64,000 nucleotides of DNA from an uncultured Alphaproteobacteria bacterium (GCA_963738765.1 CAVTYA010000041.1:88099-152098); one strand, 5' to 3'; counted from the first letter of the stretch, positions 10,022 through 25,592 are shown. A program made the numbers and translations. The notes: generated from the letters alone by a model not told the origin.

Positions 10022-10894
10022 ATGCGCAGCATCGCCCAGCCCGGGCCGCCGCTGCCCGAGCGCATCCAGTGGGTCGAAGCGCGCGGCCGCGCCTTCTCGT
10101 TTGTGCTCGAAGCCGGCATCCCGCTGCTGGAAGCCGCGCGCCGCGGCTTTGCGGCCGCCGGATTTGGCGGCGGCGTGTTGCGCGCCAACGCTGGTGCGCT
10201 CGGGCCGTTTGCCTATGTGATGCCGGCCTTGTCCAAGGACGGCGCCAACGCGGCATTTTATAGCGAGACGTTCAGGCCCGACGGCGTTACCCGGCTGAAG
10301 TTCGCCGCGATGACGCTTGGCCAGCGCGACGGCGCGCCGTTCTTCCATTGCCACGGCCTGTGGACCGAGGCGGACGGACGCGCCAATGGCGGGCACATGC
10401 TGCCGGAGGAGACCGTGGTTGCCGCGCCGTTTGAGGTTGACGCCTTTGGTCTCGACGGCGCGGTGTTCACCGCCGAGCGCGATAGCGAGACCAACTTCAA
10501 ATTGTTCGGACCGGTGGCCGCTGCGGTCTCTAATGCGCAAACCACCAGCCGCGCCTTCGCGCTGCGGCTGCGCCCGAACCAGGATTTTGCGTGCGCGCTG
10601 GAGACGTTCTGCCGGCAGCACGGCATTCTCCACGCACGGCTGCATGGCGGCGTCGGCTCGACCATCGGCGCCTGCTTCACCGATGGCCGCACCGTGGTGC
10701 CGTTCGCGACCGAGCTTGCGATCCATTCCGGCAGCGTCGCGCCGGGGCCCGACGGCACGCTGCACGCCGATCTCGACATCGCACTGGTCGATTATCTCGG
10801 CGGCATCGCCGAGGGAATACTGATGCGCGGCGACAATCCGGTGCTGATGACGATGGAATTGGTGCTGGAGGTGCTGGGCGAGGAGGGGGCGTAA
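10022..10894 (+). CDS. tandem PPC/DUF296 domain protein
   Basis: FFHCHG...GGH motif and a second LRLRPNQD...GGVGS domain. Confidence 0.75.
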   Translation: MRSIAQPGPPLPERIQWVEARGRAFSFVLEAGIPLLEAARRGFAAAGFGGGVLRANAGALGPFAYVMPALSKDGANAAFYSETFRPDGVTRLKFAAMTLGQRDGAPFFHCHGLWTEADGRANGGHMLPEETVVAAPFEVDAFGLDGAVFTAERDSETNFKLFGPVAAAVSNAQTTSRAFALRLRPNQDFACALETFCRQHGILHARLHGGVGSTIGACFTDGRTVVPFATELAIHSGSVAPGPDGTLHADLDIALVDYLGGIAEGILMRGDNPVLMTMELVLEVLGEEGA

Positions 10895-10898
10895 GGCC

Positions 10899-11045
10899 GT
10901 CATTGCGAGGAACGTCAGCGACGAAGCCACCCCACAGACCGACGTCATGCCCCGCGAAGGCGGGGCATCCAGTACGCCGCGGCTTCTCGGTCTATCACTG
11001 ACGTCTCTGGAATACTGGGTCGCCCGGTCAAGCCGGGCGATGACG
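10899..11045. repeat. REP-like palindromic repeat cluster
   Basis: GTCATTGCGAG.., GTCATGCCCCGCGAAGGCGGGGCATCCAGTA.., TACTGGGTCGCCCGGTCAAGCCGGGCGATGAC hairpins typical of rhizobial intergenic repeats. Confidence 0.75.
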
Positions 11046-11069
11046 ACGGAATGTGTGGCCCTGACATCA

Positions 11070-11590
11070 GATACACCTTCGCGGTCCCGCGGCGCGATGC
11101 GCCCGAGCTCTTGCAATCGATGTCCCTCCGAAAACGCAGAGGGCGCAGGGAAGACCGGGTGCGCGCTGCACCCGCGGTCTCGTGTGCAAGATTGCACAAA
11201 GAAATGCGCACACGAGCATACAGGTTCAGCGGAAACACTCCGGCCTTCCCCGCGCAGTGGTTTTACGGCTTATTTCGCGCTCTCCTCGGTGACCGGCTTT
11301 ATTGTCACCGTCATCCCTGAGAAGCGTTTGCCTCTCACGAACTTGACGCCAGCATCGGGGCGTCGGAACCACACGACTTCACCGTCCGCATCAGCCGCGC
11401 TCGTCAGTCGCAGCATCTACGTCCACCGCATCTCAACCCGCGTTTCGTGACGATCGCGATCCGCCCCTTGTGTCGGGTGAGACGGGCGGAGATATGCCAC
11501 CGATTTGCCCATCGGGGTAAAGCGGAATATTTTCATATCGGGGGCTTGACAGGCAAATCGTGACGACGCCGGCTGATTTGCCCGTCGAGC
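11070..11590. repeat. long non-coding Bradyrhizobium-type dispersed intergenic element
   Basis: no credible ORF; GAGGGCGCAGGGAAGACCGGGTGCGCGCTGCACCCGCGGTCTCGTGTGC...GGTTTTACGGCTTAT recalled as multicopy in Bradyrhizobium; copy number not verifiable here. Confidence 0.6.
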
Positions 11591-11621
11591 AGAAAAACCA
11601 GCTTTTCCCGGCTTTCGAGGA

Positions 11622-11650
11622 TTGACAAGTTCTCTATTTGTTCTTTAGCT
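11622..11650 (+). promoter_or_regulatory. sigma70-like promoter with LexA box in the spacer
   Basis: TTGACA at 11622-11627; GTTC-tctattt-GTTC at 11629-11643 matches alphaproteobacterial LexA consensus GTTC-N7-GTTC. Confidence 0.75.
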
Positions 11651-11703
11651 CAGCCCCGTTTCAGCTATTGGTTGAGTGGCCAATCCTGGTGATTGACGAG
11701 CGC

Positions 11704-12468
11704 ATGGCAAGACGAAACAAGCCGATCAACCTGCCGGCCCCGTACCTGAAACGCATCTGGCTCGATGTGGCACGAGTCGACGACCGGGCGGCCTATCCGT
11801 TCTGCCTTCCGTATCTGAACGACGATTTCGAACTGAGTTTCGATCGCTCGATCACCATCATTGTCGGTGAAAATGGCACCGGCAAATCAACCCTGCTCGA
11901 AGGGATCGCGGTGCTCGCCGGATTTGACGAGGCCGGAGGTGGCAAGGGGTATCGGGCAGTCGATCACTCGAATGCGATCGAGGTGATGGGCGGCGAACTC
12001 TCTCATGCGCTTCGCGCAAGCTGGCTGCCGAAGATTACCGACGGCTGGTTCTTCCGGGCCGAGAGCTTTTTTTCCGTCGCGAGGTATCTGGACGAAGTGG
12101 GGCGGGGGACCAGCAGCGGACCGCCGAATTTCCTCTCCTATTCGCATGGTGAAGGCTTCCTGCGTTTTTTCGAAGAGCGCTGCCAGCGCCAGGGCATCTT
12201 CATCTTCGACGAACCGGAATCCGCGCTGTCGCCGTCGCGCCAGATCGAATTTTTGAAGCTGATGCGGCGGATGAACAGTATCGGTCATTGCCAGATCATC
12301 ATGGCCACGCATTCGCCCATGCTGATGGCGTATCCCAATGCGCGGCTGCTGCGGTTGACGAAATATGGGCTGGAGCCGGTGACGGTCAAGGAGACGGATC
12401 ACTACAAGGTCATGCGGGAGTTTTGCGATGATCCGAAGGGCTTTGTTGAGGCGGCGATTGAGGAGTGA
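11704..12468 (+). CDS. AAA/ABC-type ATPase (AAA_21-like, stand-alone)
   Basis: Walker A GENGTGKST, SHGEGF signature, Walker B IFDEPE, ATHSP. Confidence 0.88.
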   Translation: MARRNKPINLPAPYLKRIWLDVARVDDRAAYPFCLPYLNDDFELSFDRSITIIVGENGTGKSTLLEGIAVLAGFDEAGGGKGYRAVDHSNAIEVMGGELSHALRASWLPKITDGWFFRAESFFSVARYLDEVGRGTSSGPPNFLSYSHGEGFLRFFEERCQRQGIFIFDEPESALSPSRQIEFLKLMRRMNSIGHCQIIMATHSPMLMAYPNARLLRLTKYGLEPVTVKETDHYKVMREFCDDPKGFVEAAIEE

Positions 12469-12631
12469 TGGGCGCGAATCGGCGGAATGCGGTTCGCATG
12501 CAGCCCCCCAAGACCGCCTCGGCGAGAGCCGAACGCGTGTTTGTGCACCGCGGCAGAGCCGACGTTCCGCGCATGCCTGATGCGTTCGTGCTATAATGCC
12601 GAGGGAACAGGAGAACCACAGGGAGGACGCC

Positions 12632-12958
12632 ATGCATCATACCCTGGTGCCCAGCGATCGCGTCGAGCACGCGTGCGTCTTTGGGCTGGACGGAACCAAG
12701 CTCGGTACGATCGAGCGCCTGATGCTCGACAAGATGAGCGGAACGGTCGCCTACGCCGTGATCAAAACCGGCGGGCTGCTCGCCACCCACCACCATTATC
12801 CGGTGCGGTGGGACGCACTCAGGTTTGATCCCAGGAGTCAGGGCTACCAAACCAACCTGACGTTGGAGGACCTGCGCGAAGGCCCGTGCGAACTCGATGA
12901 AGAAGCCTTCGACTGGGGCGACCGTTCGCGCCCGCATCCGCACTACTGGACGGTGTAG
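12632..12958 (+). CDS. PRC-barrel domain protein
   Basis: KLGTIERLMLDKMSGTVAYAVIKTGG...YPVRW; GGGAGG RBS. Confidence 0.85.
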   Translation: MHHTLVPSDRVEHACVFGLDGTKLGTIERLMLDKMSGTVAYAVIKTGGLLATHHHYPVRWDALRFDPRSQGYQTNLTLEDLREGPCELDEEAFDWGDRSRPHPHYWTV

Positions 12959-13075
12959 GGTGGTAGGGTGGGTAGAGCGAAGCGAAACCCACCATTTACG
13001 AGGTTGATGGGTTTCGCGGAGTTTATCATCGGCGCGCATTCGCGCGACCCGTTGCCTCCGCCCATCTACACGCTG
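12954..13075. repeat. GTAG-type REP elements
   Basis: GTAGGGTGGGTAGAGCGAAGCGAAACCCACC...GATGGGTTTCGC...CCCATCTAC. Confidence 0.7.
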
Positions 13076-13095
13076 GGTCGGATCGAAGGTGCCGA

Positions 13096-13305
13096 ATGTC
13101 AGGCCTCTTGGAACGAATTACGGTAGACCCCGACCGCATGCATGGCCGCCCTTGCATACGCGGCTTGTGCATTACCGTTGCAGATATTCTGAGCCTGAAG
13201 TCGGCGGGTCAGTCGCGAGAGACGATCTTGCGCGAGTACCCGTATCTCGAGAGCGACGATATCGACGCGGCGTTGGCCTTTGCTGCCCGGCAGGCAGGGC
13301 CGTAG
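13096..13305 (+). CDS. DUF433 domain protein (VapB45-like antitoxin)
   Basis: RITVDP..MHGRPCIRG..ITVADIL...EYPYLE.DDIDAAL. Confidence 0.85.
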   Translation: MSGLLERITVDPDRMHGRPCIRGLCITVADILSLKSAGQSRETILREYPYLESDDIDAALAFAARQAGP

Positions 13306-13400
13306 GGCGCAATAACGCAGCGTGTTTCGTCCGCATGAAAGAACGAAAGAGGCGGAATACGCTCCGCTATTCCGCCCTACGAGCTACCCATCCTACGGGC
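13301..13400. repeat. GTAG-type REP elements
   Basis: CGTAGGGCGCAATAACGCAGCG...CGGAATACGCTCCGCTATTCCGCCCTACG and CCCATCCTACG. Confidence 0.65.
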
Positions 13401-13576
13401 TGTCGACTACGCGCAGAGCTTTGACAACTCGGGCTCGCACCGAGCGCACATTTGCTATTTTGAATCTTCCTTCTTTGCCGACTGGCTTAGACTCTGCAAA
13501 GTATCGGGGACCAGGCGTTCGGCGAAGCCGCCGATGAAACCCCAAACGATGGATTTGGCGTAGTCAGTCGCCTGAC

Positions 13577-14627
13577 TAGAGCAAATTCCTCGAAAAGCGA
13601 GTCGGAGGGGATTCACTGGGAGGCCGAATGCTGATTCCATCTTCGCGACTGAGTCGGGAGGATTGGATGGGCAAGCCTTACAGTATGGATTTGCGTGAGC
13701 GAGTGGTCGCGGCAATCGAAGGCGGGGAGTCGACGCATCAGGCGGCGGCACGGTTTTCGATCGGGATTGCGACAGCTGGGAGTTGGGCGCGGCTGAAGCG
13801 AGCCACCGGGGACGTTCGTCCTGCCAAACAGGGCAAGCCGAAGGGGGCCGTGCTGGATGCTCATGCGGATTTCATTTTAGGCGCGCTCGCGGAGGCGCCT
13901 GACACGACGCTTGACGAGATGGTCGAGCGGTTGCGGGAGGAACGCGGTGTCACGGTGGTGAGAACCGCCGTGTGGAAGCTACTCGATCGACACGGCCAAA
14001 CGCATAAAAAAAGACCGCTCATGCCAGCGAGCAAGAACGCGCGGATGTGAAGGCCGCGCGCGAGAATTGGGTCAACGGCCAACATGATCTCGACCCCGAA
14101 CACCTGATCTTCATCGATGAGAGCGGCCTTTCGACGAAGATGGCGAGGCTTCGTGGTTGGGCGCCCAAGGGCGAGCGTTGCCGCGCCGCCATTCCACACG
14201 GTCATTGGAAAACGGTGACTTTTGTCGGCGGCCTCACCCTTGCGGGCTTCGTGGCACCGATGCTTCTGGACGGGCCGATGGACGGAGAATGCTTCCTCGC
14301 CTGGGTCGAGCAGATGTTGGCGCCGACCTTGTGCCAAGACGACATCGTCGTCATGGACAATCTGGCCGCCCACAAAGTCGCGGGCGTCAGGCAAGCGATT
14401 GAGGCCCGCGGCGCGAAACTCCACTATCTGCCGCCCTACAGTCCAGACTTTAATCCGATCGAAAATGCTTTCGCCAAGCTCAAGGCGCATGTGCGAAAGT
14501 CAGCTGCACGCACCCTCGACGCACTCGAACGAGCCGCCGCCAATGCCTTGCCTCAGTTCAAACCTGACCAATGCGCAAACTTCTTCGCTCACGCAGGATA
14601 CAGATTGGATTAAGAGGAATCTGCTCT
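13577..14627 (+). mobile_element. IS630-family insertion sequence
   Basis: terminal inverted repeats AGAGCAAATTCCTC / GAGGAATCTGCTCT; TA at the left junction; two-ORF transposase. Confidence 0.92.
13667..14613 (+). CDS. IS630 transposase, orfA (HTH) + orfB (DDE) joined by probable -1 frameshift
   Basis: [16 protein letters not shown]; [28 protein letters not shown]; A7G slippery run at 14006-14013. Confidence 0.9.
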
Positions 14628-15236
14628 CAGGGCTCCATTCGCCGATGAGCATTGCGAATGAATTGCAGTCGCCTTTCTTACAGGCGAACTTGGGAAAGAG
14701 GTCGCTCTGAAGCAATTGACTCGCAAATAACATGTATAGAACGGCTGCCGCGATGGCGCCTACAACCGCGGGCACGAGGGAGTAGATGACTAGATAGGCA
14801 GTTGGCAGTCCGTCGAGCTCGGACGACACAAGAACCTTGGGCAAATCCTCAAAGTTGTAAAGCCGCATCAGGATACTGAAAAACGCGCCGAGCGCGCCAG
14901 CAAGTGCAACGACGGGCAACAACGGCGGACTGTGTGCGTTTTCTTGCCCTAAGAAGTAATACCGAACGAAAAATGGCATGATGGTCGCGAGGAGGATTCC
15001 CATGACCGTCAAGGTGGCAATGAAAAGAGAAACCAGCATCTGCTTATAGATGCTCAACACACGCTGTCGCGTAATCTGCGGTTCTGTAGGTGGAGTAACC
15101 GCTTGTGGAGTAACCGCCGAGTTCTCGTCGGTCGTCGAACCAATCTGCGACATTCTCGTCCCCCAATACCTCGCCCAGTGATTGAGGCTATCGGGTAGCC
15201 GAGAAAGATTCAACTATCGATTGTACCCCCCCGGTA

Positions 15237-18218
<2,982 letters not shown>

Positions 18219-18304
18219 ATCGGCAATTCCAGGCGCGCGTCGGGCGCCGCTTTGGGGCGCGCATCGCCGGGAAACCGGGAACAGGCGCCGATGGGGTGAT
18301 GCTG

Positions 18305-18319
18305 GAACGTAGGAAGAAC
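18305..18319 (-). promoter_or_regulatory. LexA box upstream of uvrA
   Basis: GAAC-gtaggaa-GAAC. Confidence 0.85.
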
Positions 18320-18405
18320 ACGGGCTAATTTCCAGTGCCTTCGCGAATCATCAACGGATTGTTTCGCGTTGGCGGCACGTGGCAGCAGACCGGCCTCTTC
18401 AAAAC

Positions 18406-18434
18406 AAAAAAGGCCGGCGTTGAGCCGGCCTTTT
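18406..18434. terminator. intrinsic terminator of porin gene
   Basis: AAAAAAGGCCGGC-GTTGA-GCCGGCCTTTT. Confidence 0.8.
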
Positions 18435-18472
18435 CCAGTCGCAAAGCCCGCGGGCTACGACGATCAGTGCGA

Positions 18473-19138
18473 TCAGTACTTGGCGACGATCGGGCCACCA
18501 AAATGATAGTTCACGCCGACCTGGCCGCTGTGCAGGTTGAGCGTTCCCGAGGGAACGCCGAAATAGTTCTCGCTGCCGAGGCTGCGATAGAGGTACTCGC
18601 CCTTGACCGACCAGTTCGGAGCGAAGAACGCCTCGACGCCCGCACCGACGGTCCAGCCGGAGTGGAAGTGGCTCTCCGACGCCGACGCGCCGAGCCCGCT
18701 GACGCTGAGCTTGTTGTCGATCCAGGCATAGCCGCCGGTGCCGTAGAACATCACCTGATTGACCGCGAAGCCGAGGCGACCGCGAACGGTGCCGAGCTCG
18801 TTGATGCGGCTCGTGGCGGTGATGCCGAACGCCGTCGCCGAGGCATTCACGTCAGCCCAGCCGCCGTCGGCCTCGAGGCCGAATACGATGTTGCTGGACT
18901 GCCAGTTGTAGCCGACGGTGCCGCCGGCAAAGCCGCCGCTCATCTTCGGATTGGCCGAAGAGTTTTCGCTGGCATAGCCGCCGAATCCGCCGATGTAGAA
19001 GCCGGTCCAGTTGTAGACGGCGATCGGAGCTTCCGGCGCCTTGGTGTAGCGGGGGGCGGCTGCAAGATCGGCAGCCATGGCCGGAGCGAAGGTACTCAGT
19101 ACACACAAGCCGGCGGAAGCCAGCAGAAGCTTTCTCAT
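18473..19138 (-). CDS. Omp25/RopB-family outer membrane beta-barrel protein
   Basis: AADL..YTKAP, YNWTGFYIG, GWTVGAGVE, WSVKGEYLY, GVNYHF. Confidence 0.9.
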   Translation of the reverse strand: MRKLLLASAGLCVLSTFAPAMAADLAAAPRYTKAPEAPIAVYNWTGFYIGGFGGYASENSSANPKMSGGFAGGTVGYNWQSSNIVFGLEADGGWADVNASATAFGITATSRINELGTVRGRLGFAVNQVMFYGTGGYAWIDNKLSVSGLGASASESHFHSGWTVGAGVEAFFAPNWSVKGEYLYRSLGSENYFGVPSGTLNLHSGQVGVNYHFGGPIVAKY

Positions 19139-19391
19139 TTTCAAAATTCCCAGTCCCGTTTTCTTGTTCTCCCTCCCAGCCTTGATCCAGCCCTGGGAGG
19201 GGTATCGAGCGCTACTGCCCGACCCCTGAAGCTGTACACGATTAACGCGCAGGTTGTGTTTCCAGAAAGCAACATGGGGCGGAATTATGCACGCTAGATG
19301 GTATTTGGCTGTCGCAACGGGCGTGACCGGGACAAACAAAAAGGCCGGCGCTAGGCCGGCCTTCTGGTCTCGAATGTTGGCGTAGCGGAGC

Positions 19392-20157
19392 TCAGTAACG
19401 AGCGACGACCGGGCCACCCCAGCGGTAGTTGACGCGGACGGTGACGAGATCGACGTCCTGACGGATGCGATCGGTACCGAACAGGGTGCCGGTCACGCCG
19501 GCGACGCCGTTGTTGAGGAAGGTGTAGGTCTTGTCCTGCATGAACATGTGATCGTATTCGATCGCGGCCGACCAGTTCGGCGCAAAGCCGTACTCGACGC
19601 CGAGCGCCGACCACGCCGCCCCAGCGGGTGTCGTCGTTGGTGGTGGCAACCAAGGTGTTGGTGCCGGTCGCGAGCGAACGGAAACGATCCGAAGTCACGG
19701 CAGCGCCGCCCTTCAGGTAGAACAAAGCATTGTTGGCGGCGTAACCGACCTGACCGGTGAAGAGGCCAAACGCATCGACCTTCGACTGGTTGGTGAATGC
19801 CGGGAAGGCCAGGCTGGCATTGCTGCCACTGAAGTCGGCCCAGTTGCCCTGCGCTTCAACGCCGAACACCCAGCTGCTGGCCTGCCAGCGATAACCGATC
19901 TGACCACCGACCGTGCCGCCGGTCGCATCATGGCAACCCTCGGCGACGACGAACGCGCCTGCGGGCGTGGTGAAGTCCCAGCACTTGTGGCTCGAACCCC
20001 AACCACCGTTGGCGCCGATGTAGAAGCCGCTCCAGTCGTACACGAGAGCGATCGGCGCCGGCGGCGCCTTGGTATAAGGACGCGCGGCGAGATCAGCAGC
20101 GGCTGCGGGAGCAGCCAGCGCCATCAGGGCAACCGTACCAAGCAAAAACTTCTTCAT
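19392..20157 (-). CDS. Omp25/RopB-family outer membrane protein (frameshift ~19610)
   Basis: MKKFLLG..AADLAARPYTKAP, YDWSGFYIG; C-terminus GVEYGFAPNWSAAIEYDH...VNYRWGG in another frame. Confidence 0.85.
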
Positions 20158-20427
20158 CACCGTATCTCCATCTCTTGGATCGCTTCTCGTTGGTCCCGAA
20201 GCGTTGAAATAAAATCTGCGACGCGAGCGCCCGCGCCCGTGTGTCGGTAGATACGCCGATTCATCCGGAAATGCCGTCTCCGAAATGCAACACTCGCCGA
20301 CGAAATGAGGGGCCGCCAAGTTAATGATTTGTTTAAGGTATTTGCGCGGGAGCGGCGCAATCGGTTTTCATTTCCGGTCCCCGGGCACCGAAACACCGCC
20401 TGCTGTCGATTCCCGGCAGGTTGCAAG

Positions 20428-20442
20428 GAACAAAACTGGAAC
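20428..20442 (+). promoter_or_regulatory. LexA box upstream of ssb
   Basis: GAAC-aaaactg-GAAC. Confidence 0.8.
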
Positions 20443-20613
20443 ATTGCGCCGGGCGATGCTATATGTGGATAACCGGGGGATTGCCGCGGGATCGCCAAGC
20501 GGGCCACGGCTGCGAGCGTATAGGGTCGCTTTCAAATATCCCAAGGCAGACAGCGAAATCCGAAGCGACGGCCGGTGTGCGGCCAGTCCGGTAATTTTGA
20601 GTGGAGAGCAGCG

Positions 20614-21111
20614 ATGGCGGGAAGCGTAAACAAGGTGATTCTGGTCGGTAATCTCGGCAAGGATCCGGAAATCCGGCGGACCCAGGATGGCCGGCCGATC
20701 GCCAATCTGAGCATCGCGACCTCGGAGACCTGGCGCGACAAGGGAACGGGCGAGCGCAAGGAAAAGACCGAGTGGCATCGCGTGGTGATTTTCTCCGAGC
20801 CGCTGTGCAAGATCGTCGAACAATATCTGAAGAAGGGCGCCAAGGTTTACATCGAGGGCGCGCTGCAGACCCGCAAATGGACCGACCAGAGCGGCGTCGA
20901 GAAATACTCGACCGAAGTGGTGCTGCAGGGCTTCAACTCGACGCTGACCATGCTCGACGGCCGCAGCGGCGGCGGGGGCGGCAGCTTTGGGTCGGATGAG
21001 TCGGGCGGCGATTTCGGCTCGGGCGGGCCATCGAGTTCCGCGCCGCGCCGCGCCGTGGCGGCCGGCGCCGGCGCCCGCAACAGCGATATGGACGACGATA
21101 TTCCGTTCTGA
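20614..21111 (+). CDS. ssb: single-stranded DNA-binding protein
   Basis: [19 protein letters not shown], acidic DDDIPF tail. Confidence 0.98.
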   Translation: MAGSVNKVILVGNLGKDPEIRRTQDGRPIANLSIATSETWRDKGTGERKEKTEWHRVVIFSEPLCKIVEQYLKKGAKVYIEGALQTRKWTDQSGVEKYSTEVVLQGFNSTLTMLDGRSGGGGGSFGSDESGGDFGSGGPSSSAPRRAVAAGAGARNSDMDDDIPF

Positions 21112-21280
21112 TCGCGGCACGCGACAGGAGCCGGATGGAGTTCGCCCGACGCCCGAATAGGGCGTTTTCGGCGAACTGATCCGGCTCGCCAACAATCTTA
21201 AATTCCTGCTGCAATACCTTGAATATTAGATGGAAATCGTGGTCACGACGCCGCGTGTCTCGGGCTTTTGACTCGGGTTA

Positions 21281-21318
21281 ATGTTAATGATATTAACATT
21301 ATGTTAATGATATTAACA
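21281..21318. promoter_or_regulatory. tandem palindromic operator
   Basis: ATGTTAAT-GAT-ATTAACA repeated twice with 20-bp period. Confidence 0.7.
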
Positions 21319-21382
21319 CGTGGAAATCGATCTGGCGTTTTTTGATCGTTCCACGCCCGATCAAGTTTCCGGAGCTCCTGCC

Positions 21383-21782
21383 ATGAGCCTCGCGCCGCTG
21401 CTCGATGCCGCTCCCGCGATTCCCGTTCATGCCTTCGCGTGCGATGGCCGCGTTCGCGCTCGGCCTCGTCCAGTTGACAGCCCCCAAGGGCACGCTGCCG
21501 CACCGGACCATCGGCTGGATCTGGGTTGGCCTGATCGCCATGGTGGCGATCAGCTCGTTCTGGATCCACCAGATACGGCTGCTCGGCCCGTGGAGCCCGA
21601 TCCATCTGCTGTCGATCTTTACGCTGATCATTGTTCCGCTCGGTGTTTGGCGCGCGCATCACCACGACGTCGCGAGCCATCGCCGCATCATGATCTTTAC
21701 TTTCGCGGGCGCGCTGATCATCGCAGGGCTGTTCACCTTCATTCCCGGGCGGATCATGCACAGCGTGGTTTTTGGCCAATAG
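21383..21782 (+). CDS. DUF2306-like membrane protein (frameshift ~21440)
   Basis: PKGTLPHRTIGWIW, WSPIHLLS, PGRIMH. Confidence 0.8.
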
Positions 21783-21987
21783 CCGGGGGTTGAAAGGGCC
21801 GGTTTTGCCGGTCCATTTCGAGGCGCCGGAATCGCCGGTTCCGCGGCCTCGGGATGGGGTGTGGCCAGCCCGGTAAGTCTATGAAAAAACGAAGGGAAAA
21901 ACAGCGCGTCCGGACCCCGTCAGGGTGGTTATCCGAGCCTCGATACGCTATATGATTCTGTGAATTAGAACCGACCGGATTCCCCCT

Positions 21988-24726
<2,739 letters not shown>

Positions 24727-24884
24727 CGGGCGAATTCGGAGCAGCAAATAGCGAGTGGACATCCGCCACTCGCTATTCGCCCGGCCGAACCCGACGACCT
24801 GACGCACCGGTACCTGCGCATCACGCACCCTGAAGAAAATGACAGATCGCGCGGTTCGGCGCCGCGGGCATATTTTGCTATGGG

Positions 24885-24929
24885 TTGACAATACCAACTA
24901 GTCGGTATGGTATGAACCGACCAGTAGGT
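24885..24929 (+). promoter_or_regulatory. promoter with two TetR-type palindromic operators
   Basis: TTGACA 24885-24890 followed by ATACCAACTAGTCGGTAT and ACCGACCAGTAGGT. Confidence 0.7.
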
Positions 24930-25592
24930 ATGGAACCGATGAGCCAGCCGCAACACCAATCGAAGACCAGGCTTCTGGACGCGACGCTCAGGGTCGTCCG
25001 CGCCAAGGGTTACGCCGCCACCCGCGTCGAGGATGTTTGTGCCGAATCCGGGCTGACCAAGGGAAGCTTTTTTCACCATTTCGAAAGCAAGGAGGATCTG
25101 GCCCTCGCGGCAGTGGCGCACTGGGACGCTCGCTCGAGCGGAGAGTTTGCCGCCGCGCCCTATCACGATCCGGACGATCCACGCGATCGGCTGCTGGCCT
25201 ATGTCGATTTTCGCAAGGCGATCCTGACCGGCGAACTGCCCGAATTCACCTGTTTTGCCGGGACCCTCGTCCAGGAGGCTTACGCAACGCATCCACAAAT
25301 CCGGGCCGCGTGTGAAAGATCGATCAGCGGACATGCGAGGACGCTCGAGGCAGATATCCGCGAGACGATGCGGAAATACGATGTACGCGGCGATTGGACC
25401 GTCGAGAGCCTTGCGCTCCACACCCAGTCCGTCATCCAGGGCGCCTTCATCCTCGCCAAGGCGAAGGAGACCGCTGCGGCGGCGGCCGAAAGCCTCGATC
25501 ATCTGCGCCGCTATCTCGAGCTGCTGTTTGCAAAGCCGGCCAAAGGCCGCTCGCCTCGGGCGCGCCGCGGCGCGGCAAGGCCCCGGAGTTAG
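24930..25592 (+). CDS. TetR/AcrR family regulator (NemR-like)
   Basis: KGYAATRVEDVCAESGLTKGSFFHHFESKEDL HTH. Confidence 0.9.
   Translation: MEPMSQPQHQSKTRLLDATLRVVRAKGYAATRVEDVCAESGLTKGSFFHHFESKEDLALAAVAHWDARSSGEFAAAPYHDPDDPRDRLLAYVDFRKAILTGELPEFTCFAGTLVQEAYATHPQIRAACERSISGHARTLEADIRETMRKYDVRGDWTVESLALHTQSVIQGAFILAKAKETAAAAAESLDHLRRYLELLFAKPAKGRSPRARRGAARPRS

Larger units (their letters stand above)
13455..15153 (-). pseudogene. membrane protein gene interrupted by IS630
   Basis: 5' part (MSQIGST...MLIGEWSP, 15153 to ~14628) and 3' part (SQATDYAKSIVWGFIGGFAERLVPDTL, ~13577 to 13455) flank the IS; visibly more AT-rich than neighbours. Confidence 0.8.

Noticed and set aside
6461-11197. 1578-aa ORF on the minus strand
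   Set aside because: Only 7945-6461 is the real phosphoesterase; the rest is the stop-free antisense shadow of the acyl-CoA synthetase and DUF296 genes in high-GC DNA
10899-13400. possible CRISPR array
   Set aside because: Repeats are palindromic REP-like units without regular repeat-spacer periodicity; no cas genes
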